From Pedobacter sp. (lineage in GTDB: Bacteria; Desulfobacterota; Desulfuromonadia; Desulfuromonadales; Syntrophotaleaceae), in contig JBFWJC010000001.1 of assembly GCA_050253415.1 (NCBI GenBank), positions 1,352,679-1,416,678 on the forward strand: DNA of 64,000 bases, in the 5' to 3' direction. Under the pieces are notes generated by a model. That model searched no databases. It saw only the letters and a program-made list of their open reading frames with translations, and was not told where the DNA came from. The position numbers and the translations under genes are program-made. This document shows positions 40,908 through 50,681 of the stretch, in pieces (the first letter of the stretch is position 1; every line of letters starts with the position of its first letter).

Positions 40908-40917
40908 TATAGCCAAA
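40908..40917. promoter_or_regulatory. Regulon operator immediately upstream of the GntR gene (candidate autoregulatory site)
   Basis: TATAGCCAAA 23 nt from the start codon. Confidence 0.65.
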
Positions 40918-41049
40918 TGATTAAAAGTTACAATTATCCACTTGAAGATACTAAAGACCGAAAAGATAATCAAGTAAATTTGTCCAATATATTGTTCCAG
41001 ATGGTTTTCATCATAAGGATGTGATTTTAAATAAACTTCTTACGGCGGG

Positions 41050-42697
41050 TGTCAAGGTAGTTGTCGCCTCAGTCTCATTATGCTGCTTCACTACAAAGGT
41101 CCTCTTCGGGGGACCTTTTTCGGTCGGGATTGAGTCGAACGATCTCAATGGGCTCCCAGTTGCGTGTTTGCCCGGTCCAGCGACCGGGGTTTCTCTGCCG
41201 GGCCTGTTCGTAAACCTCCTTCCGCTTGCTCAACTTGGCGGCTTCTCGCCCATAGTGCCGATCGTCTGGCGTCACGAAGCGGATCTCACTATGCTGATGC
41301 GCGGTGTTGTACCAGTGGACGAATGCATCGACCCACCGTTGAGCTTCAAACTCAGAAGCAAAGGGGCGAGACGGATATTCCGGCCGATACTTCAAAGTAC
41401 GAAACAGTGACTCCGAGAACGGGTTGTCATTGCTGACGCCCGGTCGACTGAAGGAGGGAACGACGCCCAGGCGCTGCAACGTGGCCAGCATGGTCGAGCC
41501 TTTCATCGGGCTACCGTTATCGGAATGCAGCACTAGGCCCTTGGGATCAACCTTGTGGCGGTGAAAGGCTTCCACGCACAGCAACGCACTGTTCTGACCG
41601 CATTCTTTGGAGAAGGCAGTAGCGGCCATAATCTTACGGCTCCAGACATCCAGGATCATGTAGAGATAAAAGAACTGGCCGGTGATCGTGGACCTCAAAT
41701 AGGTGATGTCCCAAGACCACACCTGGCATGGCCCTGTGGCCACTTTCTTCCGAGGGCGGCGATGCGTGGCCGGCCGGCAGCGTTCCCGGTGGGCCAGTTG
41801 GTTCGCCTGCCGCAGAATCCGGTAAAAGGACGATTCCGACGCCACATATCGGCCTTCATCGGCCAGGCGGGGGACGATCTGCTTGGGAGACAGTTCCCGA
41901 TATATTGGTGAATTGGCAACCGACAGGACCTCCTGCCGCTCAACTGGCGTCAGCTTGTTGGCCGGTGCAGTTACTGGGCCATGATGCCGGTCCTCGTCAT
42001 CCTCCTGACGGGCCCAGCGCTGAATGGTGCGGGCAGTCAGTCCCAGCATCTGGGCGGCCGGTTTCAACCGGGCTCCCTGGCACATGGCCTCATCGACCAG
42101 TTCCAAGGCCTGCTGCCGCTCTAACGGTCGGTGTCGTCGCCCTCGTCCCCCCAGATTTCCTGTGCTTTTTTTTTGAGAACCAGCAACGCTGCGGTTTCGG
42201 CCAACGCCTTGTCCTTGCGCCTCAGTTCCTTCTCCAACTCCTGGATACGTTTGCTCTCGGCACGCTTAGCTTGTTTGGGCTCAAGGCCAACGAGCATCTG
42301 ATCACGCCACTGCTGAAGTTGGGCGTCATGCAATCCCCGGCTGCGCAAAAAGGCGCCGAACTCTTCTTCAGAAAGCGATGCCGCTTCCAGAACGGCCGCC
42401 AGCTTCTCTTCGGCACTCCAGTCTTGTGGTCGTTTCATATTGGACAGCCTCTGCATGGATTCGGTAAAGGATGGCGGCTCGGCATTGACAGCAATACCAA
42501 GCGTATCAGCTTCACTCACCCATCGGTAGAGCGAACTGCGGGAGACCCCTATCTCCTCTGCCAATGAGACTGGACTGGGCCCATCAGGGTCGGTCATTTT
42601 CTGAATCATTAGTGCTCTGAACGCTTTGGAATACATACGCCTCCTGACTGCCCCTCAATTCTTTTGAGTTCAGTTAGAGGCGACAACTATGCTGACA
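41050..42697 (-). mobile_element. Apparently intact IS3-family element (orfA 42636-42121, orfB ending 41078)
   Basis: IRs TGTCAAGGTAGTTGTCGCCTC / TGTCAGCATAGTTGTCGCCTC; A9G slippery site at 42174-42165; WSWDITY, HSDNG, SESLFRTLK. Confidence 0.95.
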
Positions 42698-42899
42698 CAG
42701 GGGGGCGCTGACCAGAAAAAAGATTCCAACAAATCCTGCAATCCGGAACACTTAAGCGATCATCCCTACAAGAAAGGAGCGGAACGGCTGGACAGTCTTG
42801 CCTGACAACAGGGGGAGAGGGTTGATTAAGGACTCCTAGTTGGTTTTGGTCCGAATAGACAGCACTAAAAAACCGGGGTCGAATAAGAATAAATCCGTT

Positions 42900-42990
42900 T
42901 TGAATAGATTCTTGAATAGATACTTTTGCTAATTTCACCTGTGTTTCAAGTATGTTGAGTATTTTCTTGAATAGATACTTGAATAGATTC
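42900..42990 (+). repeat. Two tandem pairs of the 12-bp repeat TTGAATAGATWC
   Basis: Copies at 42900, 42912, 42967 and 42979. Confidence 0.9.
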
Positions 42991-43730
42991 AACCTTTCAA
43001 TTCTGCGGGAAGACCTCGAGCTCCGAAAAAAACTGCAAAGTGGGAGTCAGCGCTACCACCACGGGATTTGACCGGCCAATGGGTTGGTGGTTTTGACTTC
43101 CACTTTTGTCCGGATCAGACCCCGGGCGCTACAACTTATGCGTAAGCTTCCGGCTAACATTCCGTCACATATGGGCAAGGCCCACATGTTTCCTAGCGGC
43201 TTTGGCGTCTATAAGGCAGTTGCTCTGGGCTCAACGGGGACGGTCGGTAGTTTTAACCCCCTTAAAAATTGCTGAGTTTACACTGGCAAGGCTCAGTAGA
43301 AAAAGTGGCTTTATCGCGGTCCGCTATTTTCTGTTTCCAGGTCGGATACATACAAACGGACCCCATTTACGGCTAGGATTTGTTCACTATATTTGTCCCA
43401 ACTCTCCCTAGCCAAGGTCTGAACTTCCGCATGATCATGAATCAAATAATCAAATTGCAGACAGGCTAGATCTCGATAGTGCCCAAGAGGAATCTCGGGA
43501 TCGTTGGGAGCACTTTGGAAATAAAATATTAGTGTGTAGTATGGGAACCCTTTCCAACTGCACAAAATTGTATTGTTGACTAAACAACAGCAAAATACTC
43601 CTGGAAATCTAAAAAATGTAGTGGTTCTCATAAGACTCTCCATGTATTGCGGATTCATTGTGGGGCGTCCGTAACGTCAGGTTTTAAATGGCCAGTTTAC
43701 CCAGTCTATAATCTCTGGTTGAATTCACGT

Positions 43731-44483
43731 TCAGTTTTGCCAAATTTTTCCAGTATTTACATCGCAGCCTGTGAGTTGGCCCCCGGCGCCTGCCCCGGTA
43801 TCCAATGATATTTCAAGTCCCTCCGTTCTTGGATTAAGAATCAGGGTATGGCCGTGCACGACGCATTGGTTCCAGCCGGTTTTATATCTCCAAAACCCCT
43901 CCCTGCTCCATAGCAGCTCATAGGGGTCCTGGTCGGCCATTCTTTTCCCCGGAACTATCCCCGCATGTACAAACAAATGATTGTCGGACTCATACCAAAG
44001 CTTTGTTGAGGCTAAAAATTTAATGTGCTCCCTAGGGATTGTCTCCAATGCCCTGCGGTAGGCGTTAAAAGTCTGAGGCTGGATCAAACCGTCATATGAG
44101 TCAATGCCATAGCTCTTTAGCGTTAAATCCCCGTGGTTTTGAAGCCACAGCCGGGTGTGCCTGAACTCTAAGGTGTCCATCCAGGCAATTTCGCAAGTCC
44201 ACAATTCTGAAACGGTATAGAGTAGGGGGACGCCCGTTTTGACCCCGGATTCAGTCAGGGCATCGAGAAATAATTGTTCATGATTGCCCCTCAGAAAAAC
44301 TGTTTGAGGGAATTGTTTTTGGAAATCGATCAAAAACTCGAGAACGCCCCGCGAATCGGGACCACGGTCAATGTAATCACCAAGAAAAACGAATTGGTCT
44401 TTTGGGCAGGGATTGATTTTGGCTATGAGGTTCTTGAGTTGATCAATGCAACCATGAATATCGCCCACTGCGATCACTCGCAT
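43731..44483 (-). CDS. Metallophosphoesterase (PPP/PrpA/lambda-phosphatase-like)
   Basis: GDIHG, GDYIDRG, RGNHE, FVHAG, HGHT, LDTG; GGGAG RBS. Confidence 0.93.
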   Translation of the reverse strand: MRVIAVGDIHGCIDQLKNLIAKINPCPKDQFVFLGDYIDRGPDSRGVLEFLIDFQKQFPQTVFLRGNHEQLFLDALTESGVKTGVPLLYTVSELWTCEIAWMDTLEFRHTRLWLQNHGDLTLKSYGIDSYDGLIQPQTFNAYRRALETIPREHIKFLASTKLWYESDNHLFVHAGIVPGKRMADQDPYELLWSREGFWRYKTGWNQCVVHGHTLILNPRTEGLEISLDTGAGAGGQLTGCDVNTGKIWQN

Positions 44484-44516
44484 ATTGCATCTCCCGATTG
44501 CCAATGGTGTGCGCCG

Positions 44517-44780
44517 CTACTTAAGCAAGCGGACTTTTTCGGAAAGGTCTTCGAGGATAATGGCCGCCAGTTTCTCCATGCCCTCCGCACGGATGTGTAA
44601 TACCTCACCCTCTGTTTCTTTGCCACTTTTAGAATTTTCTGCCTTATAACGGTAAATATGTTTTCCCAACGTATCGTACCAACTACCGCTTTGGGGCCCG
44701 CAATTATGGCCATATACGTTCACAATTTCCTGATTGTTTATCGCAATCTTGATGGAAAAGGGCACTTTGAGGTCCTCCAA
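44517..44780 (-). CDS. Hypothetical protein, 87 aa
   Basis: Protein-like ORF co-oriented with and 33 nt upstream of the phosphatase. Confidence 0.55.
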   Translation of the reverse strand: MEDLKVPFSIKIAINNQEIVNVYGHNCGPQSGSWYDTLGKHIYRYKAENSKSGKETEGEVLHIRAEGMEKLAAIILEDLSEKVRLLK

Positions 44781-45509
44781 AAAATAGAATGATCTTTAGA
44801 ATCGGTGAAATCCAAAGTCACTCCAGGGAAGGTAATTTTTGGCGTCTATGGCTTTTTAGTAGGCCGTTCCTGGTCTGTAAAAGGACTCCCAGGTATGTTC
44901 AATCAAGGAGGCCATATCTTCCGCTGCAGGCGGTATGTAATCTGCCTCTGGGGCAGGGAACGGTAGCCAAAATAAGCATGTATCCAGACGAGGTCACATG
45001 CCGATTAGCCGATTTTTGCGCAATGGGCCGGTGAGCTTTTTGGGGCCGGTGTGGGTAAACTTCTGGTAGGTTGCGACCTCCTGTCGCCCCCAGGGGAGAA
45101 TATGCTCCTCGACCAACGGCTTTTCTGGCCTTGTCCTCTTGCCCATAACCCTATCAATAGAGGGTCCTGAAATCAAGGGTTAAAATTTAGGAAAGTATTG
45201 CAAAACCAAATACTTAGACTAACTATTTTGTTAGGCCGATAACCCGCTACTCCCCCTCCAAAAAAAATCGAATATCTCAAACGCCCTTGTGCAGATGTCC
45301 CAATAATGACAGATCCACCATCCAATAAGACTGCTCGCTCTCTTCACGTTGATTTTTCAAACTCGTTCACATTCTGGTTAATCATGCTGATGCCCCAATT
45401 GTTGTTTTTTTCCAGGATTGTCCATGGTGGTCATAATTATCTAATCGTTTCTTGGGGGAGGGTGGGGCGAAGGCTTTACTATCTTCCCTGAAAACTCACC
45501 TTAAAAGTA

Positions 45510-46586
45510 CGGATCTATCCACCAAACAAAGGCTGCGGTATAGCAACACCGCCATAAATGGTTCGCCGAAGTTGGGTACCAACCGCTTGATTGAGAAGTA
45601 TTCCGAGTTGCTCCAACACCGGCTTCGCCTGCATCACGATCGTTGACAATCCGTTTCGCTTTTTTTCCACTGGGTCGGGGTTATTCCAGCGAAACACGAC
45701 CTCGCTGAGATACCGCGGCAAGTGGCGATGGCTGACAAAATGAAAGACGCCCTGCTTGGCCCTTTCGAGAATCGCATTGAAGGATTCGGCCGTGTTGACG
45801 TGAACTTTCCCTCGGGCAAATTCCTTGATGCCGTGGTGGACCCGCTCATGTCCCGCGAACTGTTTGCCGATCGCCACATAAGGTTGCAACTGGTCTGTCA
45901 TTATCCAAGAATCGGGCGCGACCACCTGTTTGACATAGGGTGCCAGGACCGCGTAGCTGTCACCCGGGATCATGCTGGCTTGGGCTGGGCCTTTGCGGCT
46001 AACGGCCACGTGGATACAGGCTTTCTTGGTGGATTTTCCCCGGGCATGTTTCACTCCCTGTTGGAACCTCGGTTTTCCTCCAAGGTATTTTTCGTCGAGT
46101 TCAACGATACCGTCCAGCAGTCCCAGGGAAACCGCATGCCCTGCCATCATGGCCCGAATGCCATGGCCAATTTTCCAGGCGGTCTTCTGAGTGACCCCAA
46201 GCCACTTGGCCAAGAAAACCGAAGAAACGCCTTTGCTGGAGTTGATCAGGAAATACATAGCCAGCAGCCAGGTCCGAAGCGGCAGCTTGGTACTATGCAT
46301 GGGCGTCTTTGTGGTCACTGTAAACTGCCCTTTGCAGCCGCTGCATTCATACAGTCCGGGCCAAGCAGAGGTTCCTGAGAGTGACCAGGACTTCAGGCAC
46401 CCACAGTGAGGACAGACCCGACCATGGGGCCAAACGACTTTCTCGAGATACTTCCGACAGGCCCCCTCGTTTGGAAACTGTTTGCGAAACTGTTTGAGAT
46501 TCATGGAAATCCCCCTTTCTGGAGGATATTCCATCAACACTGTGACGGGTTATGTCACAGCCACCTTCTTTTGGTGGATAGATCCG
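45510..46586 (-). mobile_element. Intact IS1595-family element (transposase 46540-45515) with 8-bp target duplication
   Basis: 17-bp IR CGGATCTATCCACCAAA; TSD TAAAAGTA at 45502-45509 and 46587-46594; Zn-ribbon CPHC/CSGC, VELDEKY, MTDQ, NTAESF. Confidence 0.97.
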
Positions 46587-46946
46587 TAAAAGTATAAATT
46601 TGAAAAATATAAAAATTTGTATACCACATTTTTGTATAACCCTTTTTCGTGTATTTTCAGTAGCTTGAAAATTGGTAAAAACTTATATGCTTTTAGCATA
46701 ATTCTTTTTGGATAATAGAGCATTCTAATTTTTCGCCATCTGCTCAATTCTTCGAAGGCTTCCTAGGGCAGGGAAGGTGGGTAATCTGTGACTGGATCCC
46801 AGCTTATGCGGAGAAGTTAGGATTCAGATCCGAACTGGCAGTCTTGTAAATCAGGGGTTGTAAGAATGTTTGAAAAATATCCAGGTACCACTGGAGGAAC
46901 AATCTGAGACAAATAATAGGATAGCTCAAGAGTAAGCCGGGCGTAT

Positions 46947-47234
46947 CTACGAAACTAGGGGCGATTCACTTTCATTTTCACACAAAAAAACAACCTCGTT
47001 GGCCCCTTCAGGGTGGGGTTTTACATGAACATGTAGAAACGCTTCATAAGATGGATAGATACCCATCGTGCTGTACGCGTCAATACCCTTGTCCTTCACA
47101 TTCAGGTCCGTGCGCCAGCAAGTAACCACCTGCCCAGTGTGAAAAATAACACCGTCGAGAACCCTTCCAGTCCCACTGATGCCTGATTGGTCGATTTTCC
47201 TGACCAAGGTGAAAAGTTTCGGATTAGTATTCAT
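46947..47234 (-). CDS. Small uncharacterised protein, fifth gene of the CBASS operon
   Basis: ATG 11 nt after the effector stop with GGAAGG RBS; FTLVRKIDQSGISGTGRVLDGVIF..GQVV..W motif. Confidence 0.8.
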   Translation of the reverse strand: MNTNPKLFTLVRKIDQSGISGTGRVLDGVIFHTGQVVTCWRTDLNVKDKGIDAYSTMGIYPSYEAFLHVHVKPHPEGANEVVFLCENESESPLVS

Positions 47235-47245
47235 CTGACGCCTTC

Positions 47246-48460
47246 CTATGCATCACGGTTTTTGTTTATTGTAAGTGCGTAAACAAAACCACTTGCCCCT
47301 TTGATTAAATCATAGACCCTGACTGCCGGATCGCATTTTGGCAACAGGGCTCGACCACATTCAATTGCTACTGGCGAAGGTGCGGCAATGAAAAGATTAA
47401 GTTCCTTTGTATGACCGTTTGCTGATCGTATCTTTGTCAATAATTGCCTGTACTCATAACAGAACATCTCCAGTTTCAATCGGCTCGAAAGAAAATCGAG
47501 ACCTGGCTTATCTGCCGTAATCTCATAGACATTGCAACCTTCACCGACAAGGTCGACCACCTTCTTCCGATCAACAACTCCACTGATAGATATTAATATT
47601 GAGGTATCAAAATCATCGTTATGCGTCTCTGGTTCAATTGTTCGATAATACTCCTTGCGAAAGTCATCAGGTTCGTCTTTCCATTTCCAATCCTTCGTGG
47701 TGCGATGTCTTTGGTATAAATCAACTGAATCAATATCGCCGATTAGACTGCCTAAGTAAGTCAACAGCGGAATGGGTCCTAAAGCAAAAACTGATACATG
47801 CATATAATCGCGGCGATTGGTGCCATGCTTGAAAATGTCATTGAATTTGGCCTTTATATTGCGAGATAAAATGCTCCAGTATCCCTCTTCAGTTTCCCTG
47901 TCTGCAAAGTCGGAAAAGTCTATAACGTCAGGGTGCTCTTTGGCCGGATAATTGGGCAACATAGCTTGATAAGCGAGTGTCTTGTCTATATTAAAATTAT
48001 TTCCGTCTATCGGGGCCTGGAATAGCAGCACGAGAGACTTGGCATCGTCCATTATGTCGGTGAGAAGCCTGATTCTATCCTCATGTTCTTTCTTGTATTC
48101 ACGTAAAAGCTCAATTGGATATGCGTGTACGTTCTCCTTGCTATCAATTATCTTGGCATGGTCCCTACATGTCAGCATAAGGTTCGAAATGTCTTTTGCA
48201 AGCCTGGGAGAATCAATTTCGTTTCCTCTCGGACCACCAGGTTCCGCTGCAATGATATGTGAAATTATCGAAAGATTATCTCTGGTCTTTGTCAATTCGT
48301 CCAAATACAAAGGCTTATTGCAGCCTCGGAATTCACATCTGCCTGCGGCTCTTGCCCAAAGTTCCAGCTGGGTCTTTGGAGGTATTGGAACGCGGCTTTT
48401 TTTCTTGCTCTTAGTTTTTGCTTTCGTAGCCTTTTGGCTTTTATCCTTTGGTTCAGACAT
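47246..48460 (-). CDS. CBASS effector, HNH endonuclease-SAVED (Cap5-like)
   Basis: LWARAAGRCEFRGC, SHI.A...GPRG, NLMLTC..H...ID; SAVED motifs SVFALGPIPLL.YLG, YQRHR...W.W, LFIAAP...AI..GR. Confidence 0.92.
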   Translation of the reverse strand: MSEPKDKSQKATKAKTKSKKKSRVPIPPKTQLELWARAAGRCEFRGCNKPLYLDELTKTRDNLSIISHIIAAEPGGPRGNEIDSPRLAKDISNLMLTCRDHAKIIDSKENVHAYPIELLREYKKEHEDRIRLLTDIMDDAKSLVLLFQAPIDGNNFNIDKTLAYQAMLPNYPAKEHPDVIDFSDFADRETEEGYWSILSRNIKAKFNDIFKHGTNRRDYMHVSVFALGPIPLLTYLGSLIGDIDSVDLYQRHRTTKDWKWKDEPDDFRKEYYRTIEPETHNDDFDTSILISISGVVDRKKVVDLVGEGCNVYEITADKPGLDFLSSRLKLEMFCYEYRQLLTKIRSANGHTKELNLFIAAPSPVAIECGRALLPKCDPAVRVYDLIKGASGFVYALTINKNRDA

Positions 48461-48472
48461 ATCCTCTCCAGC

Positions 48473-49009
48473 TTACAATAATTTCAGCAATGATATCATT
48501 CTCGAACGTCTATGCCCCTCCCACATCCGCATCTCGGATGTGCCCACTATCAGGAAAATGAGACTATCGCTGTCAACAATGTCATCTCTTAGCTTCCGTT
48601 TCCAGTTGGTATCGTCGATGCTTGACGGCGATGGATATGGTTCCGGGTGAGTATGCCACTCGCCCAGATACGTGCAGGTATGACGGCTTATTGCCCACTC
48701 CCTGTCAATTATTTTCTGATGTTCTTTCTTCTTCCTAAAGAAAGTGGTTCTCGTGCCCCTGTCACCCGACATTGGGAAAGAAATCTTGTCAATCACGATA
48801 TCTTGGGAGTCAATAATGTAGCGTCCCAACATGACGCCTCCGCCTTCCGGTTTGTGACGGTCATTTTGGACATAGCTGTGGATGGACGCAATTACCTCGG
48901 CTGGAAGCTTGATTCGGCCGCCGTTTGAACGGGCAAATACCAGGTCATTGCTCAGTTTCAAGGTATTGGCAGACAGGACAGTCTCCTCGTGAATAATCGG
49001 CAATTTCAA
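48473..49009 (-). CDS. cap3: CBASS JAB/MPN isopeptidase
   Basis: EGGGVMLGR, YLGEWHTHPE..PSPS..D; start uncertain. Confidence 0.92.
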   Translation of the reverse strand: MKLPIIHEETVLSANTLKLSNDLVFARSNGGRIKLPAEVIASIHSYVQNDRHKPEGGGVMLGRYIIDSQDIVIDKISFPMSGDRGTRTTFFRKKKEHQKIIDREWAISRHTCTYLGEWHTHPEPYPSPSSIDDTNWKRKLRDDIVDSDSLIFLIVGTSEMRMWEGHRRSRMISLLKLL

Positions 49010-50681
49010 TAAAATGGTCGGTTGAAGTAGAATATCTTGCTGACAGTATCTTGCCGCTCTTCAGAAACTCCGTTGCATCTCCACGCCACGAACGAATCAG
49101 GTTCGTTTGAACGTCCCCATTCAAGGTGGCAATTGCCAGTCTTGTTGCGAGTTCGGCCGTCTTCATGGCATCGAGTGACCCGAATGGCGTGAAGGCACCT
49201 CTGCAGCCATCGATGTTTTTGGTAAAAGACTGGCCTTTTTCGGCAAATGAAGCGCGGCACCGTATATCCCCGTCCTCGGGCTCATATAAACAGTTCAGAC
49301 ATTTTTCCCTGGCCCCGTTTAACCTGGTCAGCACAGCATGCCCACCGACACCATATGGCTCAAGCCAGGTGAAGATGACCGGGGGAGAATCGATGCCATG
49401 GACGTACTTGTTGAATGCCAGCTCGACGGTAACATTGCCAAGGGCAGATATTATGAGGTCAAAATCCCCTGCTTTGATTTTTCCTGAATCCAGTGCCTCT
49501 TCAAGTGACAAGGGAATTGGGAACACTTCGACAAATGGCAGCCTTCCTTCAATGTCCGCTTTGATGCCATCGACCTTATACTTCCGAACCTGCTTCTTCC
49601 CGAGAACATGACGAAATAGATTTTCATGGGCCAGAAGTTCTTTATCGAGGACGGTCAACTGCGAGATGCCGGCACGCGTCAGTTCGTTTGCGATGTAGCC
49701 ACCGACCGAACCGCACCCAAGAAGCAGGACCCGTTTTTCTCTCAGAGTCAGATTGCTACCGCCGCGGGGAAGAAGATACTCCTTGTCTCTCCTGATTACA
49801 GTTAAAGGGACTAGTTGGCCTACCCTCCCTCTATCCTTCAAAGGGTGTTCGTGGTTGACACCCTTGAACCTGACCCCAAATAGAGTCTTGCCATCAGCGG
49901 TACTGGGAAGTCCCAGTAGGATTGTTTCTTCGCGGTGTGGCCTTGATATGAGGGGCTGCAGTTGGGATCTCTGTTCGTGGTCAAGGTTGTCGAAAATTAC
50001 TTTGCGGATTTCGGCTAAATCCCAAAATTTTAAAGGGTGTGGAGGGGTGATTATTGTCCCCGGTTTCAAAGGTATGTATATGGCGGGATGGCGAGTCCAT
50101 ATATCATGGTCTGGGAGTCTCAGAAATCTTCTAAAACTCCCATTGTCATCTGCCAGATATCGGGTTCCGTCTTTCGCTTTATAGAGATGGACTTTCTTGA
50201 CTTGGTCGCCAGGCGATACTATGGAGGTAATGTCTTTTACTTTGTAAAGGCGGTCCCAGTAGGCCCCGAACTCGTCAATGAAATCACGATGGTTTTTCCC
50301 GGAAATCCCGTCCATCACGACCTGTACGGACATGGAAATCGATTCGTGAGTTACCCCCTCAATGTCCTCGGAATTGAGAACAGTACCTTCTTCCTCTGCA
50401 TAGCAGACATATCCATCCGTTTCCACATGGGGCAAGATGCCGAAGGCATCCCATGGGACCAGATAGATATAAGGAAGAGAAAGTGGGAACGACTTCTTCA
50501 CGCCAAAATAGAAAGAAGTCGGAGCTCCGTTTATCTCGATTTCCAACTGGTAGCCGCGGCAAACAAGGCGGTCCTTGGCCCATGACTCAGACAGGCGCTT
50601 TGGGTGAATGTCCGCAACGGATCTGACCAGCGGACATTTCCCCAGCGCCTCTTTCAGCAAGGATTCATCGTAATCAAGCAT
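48945..50681 (-). CDS. cap2: CBASS E2-E1 (ThiF) ubiquitin-like transferase
   Basis: E2: FP.SLP...PHVETDGYVC; E1: LLGCGSVGG, ENLFRH, CLNCL, GCRGAFTPF, CPVC. Confidence 0.93.
   Translation of the reverse strand: MLDYDESLLKEALGKCPLVRSVADIHPKRLSESWAKDRLVCRGYQLEIEINGAPTSFYFGVKKSFPLSLPYIYLVPWDAFGILPHVETDGYVCYAEEEGTVLNSEDIEGVTHESISMSVQVVMDGISGKNHRDFIDEFGAYWDRLYKVKDITSIVSPGDQVKKVHLYKAKDGTRYLADDNGSFRRFLRLPDHDIWTRHPAIYIPLKPGTIITPPHPLKFWDLAEIRKVIFDNLDHEQRSQLQPLISRPHREETILLGLPSTADGKTLFGVRFKGVNHEHPLKDRGRVGQLVPLTVIRRDKEYLLPRGGSNLTLREKRVLLLGCGSVGGYIANELTRAGISQLTVLDKELLAHENLFRHVLGKKQVRKYKVDGIKADIEGRLPFVEVFPIPLSLEEALDSGKIKAGDFDLIISALGNVTVELAFNKYVHGIDSPPVIFTWLEPYGVGGHAVLTRLNGAREKCLNCLYEPEDGDIRCRASFAEKGQSFTKNIDGCRGAFTPFGSLDAMKTAELATRLAIATLNGDVQTNLIRSWRGDATEFLKSGKILSARYSTSTDHFIEIADYSRGDCPVCQYLETEQ

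Noticed and set aside
42900..42990. Possible CRISPR array (also considered for 7423-7483)
   Set aside because: Repeats are 12 or 20 bp and adjacent, without unique ~30-40-bp spacers; no cas genes in the window, so the Tn7-like element is not called a CAST
45235..45262. CCCGCTACTCCCCCTCCA resembling a tRNA 3' end or att site
   Set aside because: No TTCGA T-loop or cloverleaf can be built
48140..48185. HNH motif CRDHAKIID lacking the usual second His, suggesting a dead nuclease
   Set aside because: C..(C/H)A..ID variants occur in this HNH group as far as I recall; inactivation cannot be called by eye
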